A stretch of DNA of 54,188 nucleotides from a virus (lineage: Duplodnaviria; Caudoviricetes), in the IMG/VR virus record IMGVR_UViG_3300008050_007858, positions 1-54,188 of that record; one strand, given 5' to 3'. A program made the translations under genes and the position numbers. This document shows positions 10,901 through 22,000 of the stretch, piece by piece. The notes below the pieces were generated by a model that was not told the DNA's origin, searched no databases, and saw nothing but the letters and a program-made list of their open reading frames with translations. How positions within the stretch are numbered: the first letter of the stretch is position 1; each line of letters begins with the position of its first letter.

Positions 10901-12149
10901 GTGCTAAATAATCCACTAAGTCAAAGTGGAACAAAAAGCGAGCGTTATCCCCTAGTCCCCTAGATAGACAAAGCGAAGAAAAAGAATCATCACGATGGAT
11001 TCCAAAAAATGATTCGTAATCTAAAGATGAACCCCTTAAACTGTTAAACACGGTATCATAGAAATCATAAACAATAGTCTGAGGAGCTAAGTCTTCTATA
11101 AAGCGGAGATCTTGTAATATCCGCCGGTCGGGAGAATCTATAGGGTCACTATCCGGAGTAAAATTAGGCCCCGATTCTGTTATTAGAGTTGCCTGAGTGA
11201 GTAGGTTCGGCTCAGGCACAAGGCGGATTCCAGTCTCCGTGCGGTTGGGCTCTTCCCGCAGAACAATGTCCGGAAACTGATATCCATTCCCTAAAACCGT
11301 AACACAGGAGATCAGCCCCATGCCACCATTGAGCATATAAAAGTCTGGGGGCATGTTCTCCTCGACTCCGAGACTTTCTAAAAACCTTGGGTAATCCAAA
11401 TACACTACCGCATGTATGCTGAGGTGGTCCGACACAACGTTTGGTACCCCAAAAGGTGGGGCGTCTGGGAGGCGTAAAACAATTGGAGACACTTCTAGGG
11501 CATCGGACATAAATTGAGCTTGGTTGCCAGTCCTCCGAGAAACATTGATTATATTTTGGTCTGTTCTTGGGTCGAAAGGAAGCAGATCAACCAAAGGGCG
11601 ATCGAAATAAACAAGATCCGAATACTCGGCGAAACCATGGTGGTGAGCCGAAGGGTAATAAAACCCTTGGTCATCAGTCATTATTCCTATGTGTTCTGAT
11701 GTGTAGTAAGGGCTTACAGGACTGACCGATTCGTTAAGCAGATGAGACATAGAGGGCGTAAATGACGATAGTAAGTCCCCCTCTAGAACACGATTTAACT
11801 CATCCGGTAATAGGGGAACCTCTCGGTCCTCCTGGTCAAGCCTCGGTGCCTTTCTTAAAACAGGCTTGCTAGACTTTAAATAAGCATTATAGACATCTTT
11901 GATATAGTATAAGCCTTCGGTCTGTTTTTGATTAAAAGATACCACTAAACGTAAGTTTAAAAAGTTAATATAATTTGTATCTTCGTACCATCGCAAAGTA
12001 GAGCGTCCAGTGACTCGCTCTATAAAGCTGCCTTCAATAGTTATAATATCTGAATGACCTTGGTTCGCCGTTTCTAAGCTTACCTGCTCAACGGAAAATT
12101 CAGGACCAATGAGGTCGGTTTCACAAATTCTTATAGGATCGTCGGCCAT
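7914..12149 (-). CDS. 1411-aa hypothetical protein, probably structural, with an internal (MPQ)5-polyproline insert
   Basis: Long uninterrupted ORF co-directional with the baseplate genes. No recognisable catalytic motif. Confidence 0.55.
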   Translation of the reverse strand: MADDPIRICETDLIGPEFSVEQVSLETANQGHSDIITIEGSFIERVTGRSTLRWYEDTNYINFLNLRLVVSFNQKQTEGLYYIKDVYNAYLKSSKPVLRKAPRLDQEDREVPLLPDELNRVLEGDLLSSFTPSMSHLLNESVSPVSPYYTSEHIGIMTDDQGFYYPSAHHHGFAEYSDLVYFDRPLVDLLPFDPRTDQNIINVSRRTGNQAQFMSDALEVSPIVLRLPDAPPFGVPNVVSDHLSIHAVVYLDYPRFLESLGVEENMPPDFYMLNGGMGLISCVTVLGNGYQFPDIVLREEPNRTETGIRLVPEPNLLTQATLITESGPNFTPDSDPIDSPDRRILQDLRFIEDLAPQTIVYDFYDTVFNSLRGSSLDYESFFGIHRDDSFSSLCLSRGLGDNARFLFHFDLVDYLAQNSHFPKLYRDRLTARDLIVDGQLRFTSVPLRRQLVTKSQVLDLNMYRQQVDFLAQSVSNDLPTSNRNKVKGPSSTYPEIVINPPRQLAWGHDISLPGGPARTAGIQTYEGSDFFTDQASQRQRWRYLPNMPQMPQMPQMPQMPQPPLPPPPPQVPLVGDKLIQANPAKYQYGAEVVVQDAAPDYLKKCYEVAENSRNIILGIYNMIVNSAPRTNNYPPLVKDGRGLYDYTTGKTKVELNRIIYNPSVSAYNLNFIRYEGGITVEKILQDQINIYVELLSKLNIQFQDDSPNFIKSIDGVEISRRFITLDENGNPVPAYNELRQRLFEAIAAPSINPQVILELSKAVDILASSLETVVATYQSDFNSLDDTSSKSALQQAASWERKMILLRHKHYFDETFTYGIKNKYGYSYLLGGQFDGENQGQSKGKYGIARITEAYYRRRIAQEFEKYFIEGKTPSGQVAAAAMEPPYLAPSYAYFTPHTILHGSSPTDKDSLSLQTSPIVQPSYITNPEYAQYDLDQYALLGAEMISYKYKMKYLDRVFYRADHGIGQEVSPDDGLYNSLLDSLNAEHECNIEAYGKGKKYLLEIEKLKPSLKKRKSPTTDIEPDSFTFSAQVAIEGGLLSSITEAASLLNTQGLDNLSLIRGSQGPDSPRSKPAPQLPPIKLSFGILGELELDPNISGTSLPRYEKEYFNSMVNLRDAFGLTPNNVVDMLNGPLRNLPNQIKSMLMCATTASPVALTGDLTARRILLFDKDAPQGMPADQKISYYELGMPDDPAYSTTKDPMKVYAKMVAFWMNYKQLCIVEYLDDFKDLNRGDPNNFKDGFISKSKVGLPVWRRLDQEVWVRIGAVGDRIESGGLLCRLRPVGQKDIQETLTEMAEKTANVELIQNKELFDLPVYNEYFILNPGGNAEVQQGASQPAPPRSPAPENPVLTSTIDPEMVGSLTQQSANNLGGLIGGSTGGPTVNTNVQRLSSGASRLSQGNAGNDDSSNY
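10467..10511. repeat. perfect 9-bp tandem repeat (CTGCGGCAT)x5, adjoining a GGC-rich tract at about 10441-10466
   Basis: Five exact copies counted. Encodes MPQx5 followed by PPLPPPPPQ in the 1411-aa ORF. Confidence 0.95.
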
Positions 12150-12151
12150 TC

Positions 12152-13069
12152 TTAATCCTCAAATTCAATGCCGGCGTCGGCACATAGTTTAGCTATTTCT
12201 GCTTCAAAATCGGATCGATACAAGCTTGATCCTTTTTGTTTAGATTTTTCGTCAATTTCCAAATCTAGCCTAACTGATAGGAAATATTCCACATATTCAG
12301 GAGTCAGGTCTGGAAAGGCTTCACCTATTGCGGGATCGGTTCCCCTTAAATTGCCTTCAAGTCCAGCCTCATGGGCAGTCTGCCGGAGGCTGCCGGCAAA
12401 AGATCCGTCATTTAAAAATTTGAGAGGAATGAGGTTATCTTCTTGTCCCGGCATTCTACGGAAAACTTCTATCTCGTAATTCCCATTACCCTTAAAGATA
12501 GTATTAAGCTCCAAAATATCCAGCAAGAGGCGTTCATTACTCTGTAAAGAATATTCAGTATAAACCTTATCCACACCGTTATCATCTTGATAAACAATGC
12601 TTGTCTCGTTATATACTGTCTCCAGCGATGCCGTGAATACCGGAATAACCAAATTAGACTTGAACTCATAGTTACCGGCGAACCCAGCACTGTCCTCTAT
12701 ATTGTTGATTAGCCACGATGGCGCATAATCCGACCAGGGGCTATTTCTTCCCAAGAACCTAAAAAATTGAGAGTTAGCTGGGGTAAGATTGGAAAACTGG
12801 TACTCTCCTATGTCAACTGCCTTTTCTTCGGCATAAGAGGCAGTAAAGTTTGATTGGACCCTGAGACGTGGCGTGCCCTCTTTGATTCGAGGGACAATTT
12901 GGTTCTGGATCTCTCCGTAAATTCCAGCATACCCAGAATCATAAATGATATCACTATCATATACTCCGTAATAGGAAGGGTTAAACCTACCTTGGGAAAA
13001 TTTCTTTTTCCCATACGGAGTTAATTGAATATCTATGACATCTTCTTTTTGGTTAAAAAACTTTACCAT
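12152..13069 (-). CDS. virion structural protein; N-terminus resembles that of 3578..4612
   Basis: EDVIDIQLTPYGKKKFSQGRFNPSYYGVYDSDIIYD parallels IILDAVLTDEGRKRLAAG...FALADDEIDY. Confidence 0.5.
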   Translation of the reverse strand: MVKFFNQKEDVIDIQLTPYGKKKFSQGRFNPSYYGVYDSDIIYDSGYAGIYGEIQNQIVPRIKEGTPRLRVQSNFTASYAEEKAVDIGEYQFSNLTPANSQFFRFLGRNSPWSDYAPSWLINNIEDSAGFAGNYEFKSNLVIPVFTASLETVYNETSIVYQDDNGVDKVYTEYSLQSNERLLLDILELNTIFKGNGNYEIEVFRRMPGQEDNLIPLKFLNDGSFAGSLRQTAHEAGLEGNLRGTDPAIGEAFPDLTPEYVEYFLSVRLDLEIDEKSKQKGSSLYRSDFEAEIAKLCADAGIEFED

Positions 13070-13073
13070 ACTA

Positions 13074-13081
13074 TAACTATC
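13074..13081 (-). promoter_or_regulatory. candidate late promoter motif GATAGTTA
   Basis: 4 nt upstream of ATG 13069, the same spacing as the 560-567 site. No SD present. Confidence 0.45.
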
Positions 13082-13098
13082 GTCCTAATCAATATTCT

Positions 13099-16000
13099 TT
13101 ATCCGGACGGTCGGAATTGAAGTCCGATACCAGCAGTGAGATTATCCAAAGAGGGTCCAGGGGGCGGCGGCGTGAAAATATAACCCTCACCCGGTAGCTC
13201 GGGCAGTGGTCGGCGTTGGTCAGCGAGTTCTCTATCTAGATCGGGACGGAAGCCTACCTTAGTATTTATTTTCACCATCTCAGTCAAAGAGCAATAATCA
13301 TAAGGCCAGTTATAACCAGGCAAATGGTCTAAATGATATTTTGTTTCTTCCCAAGTGCGGCGATAGCTTTCCAATTGTTCAGCCCCTACCCCGAGTCGAG
13401 AAGACGCCTCTCGAACTATCGCATCAAACGTCAAGTTCTCTATGCCCTCTACCTCTTCTTGAATAAGTTGAGTATAACTTCGGGTTCCTCGTTCTTTAAC
13501 TTTGAACACCATCCATCGAATCTCTGGATTGAATCCGTTTTTTGTGAATGTAGTATCTAAAAGATCATGACGGGGTACACCGGTTTGTGGAACACCGAGC
13601 AATTCCTGTGCCTTAAATACCTCGGGAAATACATTTGCGCCGACCCCCTCGGTTTCTTCAGCCGGCATATAATGATCTATCCCCACCAAGCTTTTTTGTA
13701 CTCGGGTAGAAGAGTTGGGCATGATGCCTTGCCAGATGTCCGCTAGATCTTGCTCGGAAAAAGCTACGACATGTTCCATAAGATAGATCACAGGAACCGC
13801 ATATCTGCTTTCTGGGTCGGGAGCATTATCTAAAGTATCAAATGTATCAGGACCAAAGGGGTTGATAATCTCCGGGATGTCGGGATAACCTGTGGGAACC
13901 ATAGGTTTAAGTCTGGTCATTATTCCCGGCGGGAAAGAATATTTGGTAAAGGACCGGCGGAACTCTTTAACCTTGGGGCCAAGAGTAGCGTAATCTCCCC
14001 TCAGAGTCATAACTCGTACAATATTATCTTTATCTCGATAGAACGGGATGGCTACAACGCCTTCTGAAAAAATCTTCTGTTCGGGTCCGTCGTCCTGAAG
14101 TTCTCCTAGTTTTTTGGCTCGGCGAGGATCCCAGCCACCCCTCATAATTTCACTCTCATCAAATCCAACCAAACTTGCCAATGATTCAATACGAGGACTA
14201 TTCCCCAACTTTTCATATACATATTTAGGAATTTTGGAACAATAGCGATAACGACCAGTGCAGGCACTGGGAGCAGCTTGGCTTGGGTCCCCGACTAGGC
14301 GATAATCTAAATCCTTTTTGGAGATATCTCGCAAGAACATATAAATTCCCTCGCCATCTTTGGGTTTTCTACCCGAAGAGTGCCACATTCCATAAGTCTG
14401 CGAATTATATTCTCCGACGGCGACGGAGGACGAAAAGTTCCACTCTCCTGTGGCAGAAGTTGAAGTGTTTCGATGATCTAAGATTGGACATTCCCACTTA
14501 GGCATAATCACCCACTTGTTGGGATTTAGTGTTCGATAGGTGCCGTTGTCAGTGGGGAAGATATTATTAATTACAATGGACCGGTCGATATCCATACGGT
14601 TTTGCCATGCTCGGTTCCATTCGTATTTGGGAGTAGCAGTGGTGGAGACATACGCACCTGCGTCGGGGCACCAAAACGACCCCGAAGAGAAGTCATAATA
14701 ACTTCCGCTCTCATTTATAAATTCTACATAACTCTGGTCCAAAATCTCTTCCAGCGTTACTTCAGTCACTCCGGCTTGCGGAATATAGGTAAACCGTGCC
14801 AGGCTGGGACCATAATAATAAGGGGGTGTAAAGGGGGCAAACTCGCCTCGGTGATGTGGCCACTCAGCTTCTTTTGGGCGTTCGCCGGTCGAAGTGGAAT
14901 CATCAGTGGCGATATTATACCCGGTCCATGTTGTCGTTGTCGAGCCGGTGGCTGTAGGCACACCAAAAGCATAGGGGTTGTTATAGAGGTTCATGTTTGA
15001 TGTCTTTTGAAGTCCCACCTCCATCATATAGGCAATATTTTCCCTCACCTGTACGACATTCACTCCCCCTTGTAGATCTGATCCGTCGCCTGTGAAATTC
15101 TTTGGGTTCCCAAATTTGGAAACGAATTTGGTCATAAAGCCAGGTTCAGCGTTCGCCGTCTTCTTTTTCTTTAAGAAGAATTTGGGAGTAGCCCCTAGAA
15201 AGTTAGAGATAGCATTGCGATATAAAGTATCGTTGCCACCCTCTTTGACAGAGCCGGTAACATCGTTGTAGAGATACATGTTAACATCAGATAGGATAAT
15301 ATCAGCATTATCAGTACGCTTAAGATATTCGTCAGGGTTAAGTATTGCCTCGAAGGGGAATCTCTGGGACCACCAAAACGTTGCTAAATCGCTGCCTGTC
15401 AGGTTATCTGCGAAGTTCCATCCGCCGCCATCGTCAGTTGAAGACGGGCGTCTCGTATTCCCTGGAATATTAGCCGCTGGGACTGCCGAACTGTAAGACC
15501 CACTCTTAAGTCCAGAAAGTGGCTGTGTGGCTGGGATGGGGTAAATGGTCTGGCTCTGAATACCATCTCTCAAAACGGGATAATCTACTGATATACCCGA
15601 CTTGATGGAATTATAAAGAATACCAGGCGCAAAAAATGGTCGCAATAAAGTACGCCAGCGCATTGGCGAACTTCCAGATGCTCCACCATAAGTAGCAGCG
15701 CCACTATAAGAAGAGGAGAAAAGAGTAGAAATCTGAAGGGATCTATCCTGAGGATAGAAGCCGTCATACGGTAAAAACTTGATCAGCGCATCGGAACTAA
15801 GCTCAAAATGTTTTGGGTACTTATTAAACAGAAGATCAATTCCACCTTCCGCCATAAAGTCCTCAAGATTCTCCACATAATCAGTATAAACATAACGATT
15901 ATAAAAATCATTGAAAGAGCTATTATAATTATCGTGGTTGGCTCCGGTGAGAGAGAGTGTGGTAGTTACTCGATTAAGGGGATCAATATTCTCCAAATAA

Positions 16001-19000
16001 GTGGGATAATGTTCACTCACTCTAAATTCAGGTACGATGGTATATTCTTGCCCTGCCAATCTAGTGTCTTCGTGAAAATCCTCGTAAGAATTATAAAACG
16101 GGTATTGCTTATTTAAAGTGTCCCCATATATGCTAACACGAGACCGGGCAGCCGACCAAAAAGGACGAGTCAATGGACCGCCCGGAGCTAAAATGGCAGG
16201 GGAAAAATCATAACCTTTGCCGGCGTTTATAAAGCGAGATGGCGCATTATAAACATATTGACTACTAACCGTGTTAGCCTTAGTGACGTATTGAGGTGAA
16301 ACAAGTGTGGCACCAGCATTATAAGCCGTCCCATAATGTGTTAAGAGAAGTTCACCACAGGGAAGTGCCGCCGCTGCGCCGGCCAAGTCCTCAGAGAGGT
16401 AAAACCCATCTTGAGTGTTGAACTCCGAAAAAATCCAGCTATCCAATGGCCAAATGGAGCCCGTACCGTCGCCCGTAGGTGGTACGCTGGCATATGGCTG
16501 TTGGTCCACGTTCTTCAGTGTATAGCCCTGCGAAGTTTCAAAAGCAGACTTCCAGCGATTAGCGTTTCGACTTACTTGACGTTGATTTACCTCAGAGGAT
16601 AAATCTGTCACCGCAGTAAATGTCGCCATTGATGCCATCGCACTGGTGGCATTAATATTGACGTCATCTTTCCAAAATCCTATTGTGAAGTTCAGACGGG
16701 CTCGGGATTCCGAGAAATAGGTATATATTTCTTGCGGGTATATTGTTTCCGAATAACTGTTTAATTGGACGATGTTAACGCCGTCCACTTGCGAAGCCAC
16801 ACCTTGAACATAATTGTCTCGGATTATCTCATAGGGTCTCTTTATCTTTCCTCGATACCACTTCCAACGACGGTAATGTTGGTTAAGAGGTCGATTAGCA
16901 AAGCCCATGAGAACATTGCCATAAGAATATTTAACCGTTGTATTAATCTGATTTCGGGGCTCATACTCAGTGCGGGCGGCAGAGCCTGGGCTAGTTTTTA
17001 TGAAGGTCCTTAGCGGCTTGTATCTAGATGTGATAGGGGTTTCTTTATAAGCATTAGAAAAACGGTTAGTTATAGATATACCTGTGCGGTTTATATAGGT
17101 GCTGCTTTTCCCCCCGGTCGATATTACTATCCCCCCGTTGTCAGGATTTTCATCCGGGCGTAGTCTGCGAGAAATAAGCGGGAGGCGGTACATGAGATTC
17201 TTATTTAAATTTCGAGCAGGCTTTATCTCGCCGCTCCTAAGTTGGGAAAACGGTGAATAAAATGGCTGCCTAGCCCAAAGGTATCTTACTGAGCCGGCAC
17301 TTCCCGTAAAGGCGCTCGTCCCTAAGTATGGAGAAATACCAAGACTGCTGGTATACGTCGTCATATTAGGGGGTAGCTGTGTCCCTGATAAAAGATATCT
17401 TTGGTAACTGGGATTATCACTGCCGGATAATGCCCATACCCACAACATATTATCGGCTGCGGGAATGGGTCTAGTAACAAACCCATTGTCCCTTATCGAT
17501 CCTGTTTTATATACCCAAGGGTCAAGGGGAGGGTAACCAACCTCATAATATATTTCTCTTCTTAATGTGGTGTTTCTTTGTGTTTTATGTAAAGCCGCAA
17601 GACCGCCGCCGCCGGGCGAACCGCCTCCAGGTGGCATTTTAGGAGAAAATCTATAAAAGCCGTTGCCATGGCTAGCATTTATTATATTGGGCTGACTAAT
17701 CGGGAGCACAACGATGGGAGATTCTTTCCCGGCATTAAAATGAGCCAACGCATCAGCACCATATAAAGAGGTAGCATAATTAAATTCATCGGTAGAACCA
17801 CCGACGACTGAATCTACAAGGTTTTGCTGGAATCCTCCCCATCCCGTGTATATTTTCAAATATCCGTGAATCCCCGCACCACCACCTAGGGATTGTCCCA
17901 TTGATCTATTGGTCAAGTTTCCAATTCGCCTGACTGCTTCGTTACGAAATGGCAGAGCATTATTGGGAGAAAATTGGTCCGAAGGAATATCCCGTGCCTG
18001 TTGGCTGGAATCTTGTGGGCTGCCGGGGGCGGCAAATTGGTTAGCTATTATGCTTTTGGTAATACGCCGGTTAGCTTTTTGGCGAGGGGATTCGTATATA
18101 AAGGCACCATAAATTCCTGAGCCAGATGGGGATGTAGACAGGAGCGTCCGAGAAGAAGGAGGAGTCACAAATACTGTGGGCATTGCGGATCCAGTTGTTG
18201 GCAAAGCTGACGAGTCTAGAGAATAGTCAGCCGTATTATAGATAAAGTCTACATTGGCCAGGGTGCGATCGCCGCCCTCGATGACTTCATAATTTTCAGT
18301 GAAATTACCAATTGGAAGAGCACCTTCCCATGCTTCTATCGAGCCAGTGAATGTCGGAATGTTCGAAATATTAACGGGAGACTTTGAAGCCAATCCTCTC
18401 AGGTAATTGCCTTTAGGTATAATCCCGGTAGTGATCCGATTGAGTGAAATCTGAGAAGTTGCTAGGGTTAGAGTGTGAGACTCCTTCCGAGGTCCTCGGA
18501 TCCGAGGAGAGGTTGCCATAAGTTTCCTCATGGGGTTGACATGGCGTGCCTGAATTCCGCCGACGTGCTGCTGGGTAAACGGACCTTGCATCGGAATACT
18601 GTACTCAACAGGATGAATACTGTCCTCATGCATATTAGTTAAAGCTACGTTTGTGATGTCGTGAGACACTAGAGCGGCTTTGTAATCGTCTACAATCCCC
18701 GCTGTTGCCTGGGAGGAAGAGAGAGCAGTAAATGGAGAAAGGCGCTGACCTTTATAGGACTGATATCCATCAGACGCCTTGAAAGATACCCACTTCTTTT
18801 GGAGTTCTGGTGGCTTAAGGGCATCATTACACACCTCTTGGTCGAATGTAAAATCGGTATAAACAACATCTTTTACATTTCTAATTTTATTAAGATATTG
18901 GTTTATGCCGCCCACAATAGGAGTACTAAATTCACCACTAAAACAGTAAACATTACTAGAGGTGTGAAGAGATTGGACCGCAGATAAAATAGAAGTCTTA

Positions 19001-22000
19001 TCGGCATTGACGCCCCACACTGAAGATGAAATATTTATATTAGACCTGTTGGCACGGGTTCGCCACCACCAACAATTCTCAGCCTCATCTTGGACTCCGG
19101 CAGGAGTCGGCAATGGAGCGTGAGAATATTTCCAGCCGGGAATATCGGGGCATAGACTATCAGTATTGGTGATGGTAGCTACCGGGCTAGGAACATTCCG
19201 TCGAAATTTACCTGGGTATCCATATTTGACCTTAGGTCTTTCTAGAATATGGTTTTCTACCACTGTTCTTATATTTTTAGCAAACCTTGCTGATGCGGGA
19301 AAAAGCTGCTCAACCAACTCCGACATTGAAGTATCTATCCATTTGTAAAACTTAACGTATTTTTCAAAATCGATAATATTTGTATCAGAGTTGCGAAAGA
19401 ATATTTCTCTCATCTTTTCAAGAGACTTATAATCTTGACGGTACTTATATACGGGCTCGCCGATAAGATTATTCATTTCCTCCATGGAAGCAAAAAGCTG
19501 AAGCATCCTTTCTGATAGGCTCTTGTAAAGACTCTTTTCTACCGCATAGAAATACGAAATTGGGCGCATATTGCGATTAAATCTTTCGTCATCAGATACA
19601 ACAATGTTGACCATATCGCTGCTGGCAGCATATTCGGGCACCTGAAGTTTTTGAGAAAATGTATACTGTTTGATAGCGGGCTCAGAACTAGCCTCGAAAA
19701 AATCTCCTCGTCCGGTGTGCTGGCGCAGATTTAGACTAGAGAAGTCATCTCCCTGGTAGTTGTTGAGGTACTGTGTTGAGTTAGATCCAGAAGAAAAATC
19801 GTCTACCCAAAATTTCCCGGACGCATTACTTCCGGTTACATTATTGAAATCCCAGTTTAGTGCCAGCGTTTCAATTTCTGGGATAAATACCCCAGGGGCC
19901 TTGTTTTGAAACCCGTAAGCGTTCCTATAAGGGTTCAGTCTGCCAAAGCTATCTGTCTCTTTGGCGTGAAGATCTATCGTTCCCGTGGGAAGATAATCCG
20001 TCCAATAGCGAACACTAGAAATCCTCACATCGGTTGGTGCGATTGCCGATCCAGTAAAATCAGTCCTTTCTGAGCCAGCATAAATTCTTTTTGCCAAATT
20101 TAAATATTGGGAGCCGGAGATATAACTTACACTCTTCTTAACAGAAAAGCTGTTTCTCAACAACCCTGTGTTGTAATTGTACCCACAAAGTTCAAGGGCA
20201 TAAGAACTAGATGGTGTAGAAGATCCATCGCTAATGGTGGTTCCCAGTACCTTTTGAGCAAAGGGATACTTAGGAGCTTTAACACTTAAAGCGAGGTTCC
20301 ATTTTTCATTCTCATACACTCCCTGGAAAATGCTACTTGTCAAAAGCAGGGCATCGTTTCTATCATAAACTGCGAAATACACATCTTTTACATGACTGTC
20401 CGGGGAGACTATTTCCGCATATGTGCTGGGGCTTCGCACGGCCTGGACCTTCAACCCAAAGTCCATATATTGTGTAGCCCACTGTAATGCTGTTGAAGTG
20501 GGAGAATTAAACTGTGGGGTATGGAAGCCAAAAAGCGACGCAGAAACCAGTGATGGTACCTCATAGGATAGCATATCTTTGTTTGATTTGTCTGGGAATA
20601 CTACTTCTGCCTCTAGTGTAAAGGCAAATTCATCAAAAGTGGTTTCGTGACTACCTGTTGGTGACGACCCGGAGATTAACCCGAAAGAGGAGCCTGGGTT
20701 TCTTGAATCATAGTATTGGTATATCGTACCGTAGGCATCCTGTTTGTGGCGTAATCCGGAAGTATCAATATATTTCTTAGCACTTACTCCATCTAGATAA
20801 TTATTACGAAGGATGTAGTCTTCGTTGCTCGGGTAAATATTTACCGCTATAATATTTTCTCCGACCCCCAAACAGCGAATAAAATTCCGAATAGCTTTCT
20901 CAGTGCCTTTGGATTTATAAATATAGACAAGATTATTATAGATGTTCTTGTAGATGGAGTTCTTAATAGAGAACAGCGCCTGGTCAAAATTAATTTGTTC
21001 GTCTCGCTGGGCATATTGTGCCAGCGTGCCAATGTTTTCAAATAATTCTGGTGCCTCCGTACCTAATGTTTCCAGTAGTCTGTCGTTGTAGGGAAATTCA
21101 TTTAAACTTCCTGTCTCGCTCCCGCTGGGATAGGAGGTGTTGCGAATTTTAGAAACTGCCCCAATTTGGGCATGTAAGACATCAAAATAGTTAGATACTA
21201 CCTGAACTAAGTCTTCTAGTTCCTTGGAGTTTTCTTCGTCCTCTTCTCTGATCCACTTAGGGAAGGTGTTTATCAACCCAGCGGAATTATTAAGATCGTA
21301 ATAGTTTCCGAGGCTTACTAATGAGTCTTTATTGTAAACATATTGAATGGTTTGACGGACGGCAGGGTCCTTTACTTCTCTTTTGGAGATTAGGGACATT
21401 GAGTCAATGGCGGAAGCAGTATTTCGAGTCAGAGCACCATTATAGCCGGTAAACAAACCATTAGAGATCCGTCCCGAATAATCTAATACCACCTTATCGG
21501 CGCTGCCCGTGCCCGTAATACCTTCGTTAAATTTATAATATAAGCCCAAGGCTACATTGGCATCGTGTTTGTTTGTCCCTCCGTCAACATGAGAAAACCA
21601 ATACCTGCCGATATCTTCGGCGGTGCGGGCTGTTTTCCAAAATCTAAATTCATCTAAGGAAGCAGATAGTTTACCCTGTCCCGCCTGGTCTGAAGGGGCA
21701 CCGAATTGATCTACGACGGCATAAGTGGTTGAGGATGTAACAAGCGCCCCCAAATTAGCCCGGAGTGAACCTGTGACCAATCCGATCTCAGCGCCGGCAG
21801 TGATGGACCTCTCAAAGCAGATTCCGTCTACATAAAAATCAAGTTCCGGCTGTTTTAGGCTTGTGTCGAATGTAAACGCATAATGATGCCAACTACCGCT
21901 GGACAAATCAAGCCCACCAGTTGTCGGAACTGGAGTAGAAAAGTAAGCTGGGGACGAGGAGCCTGACTGAAGAGTTACATAAAACCGGTCCTGGGCTCCC

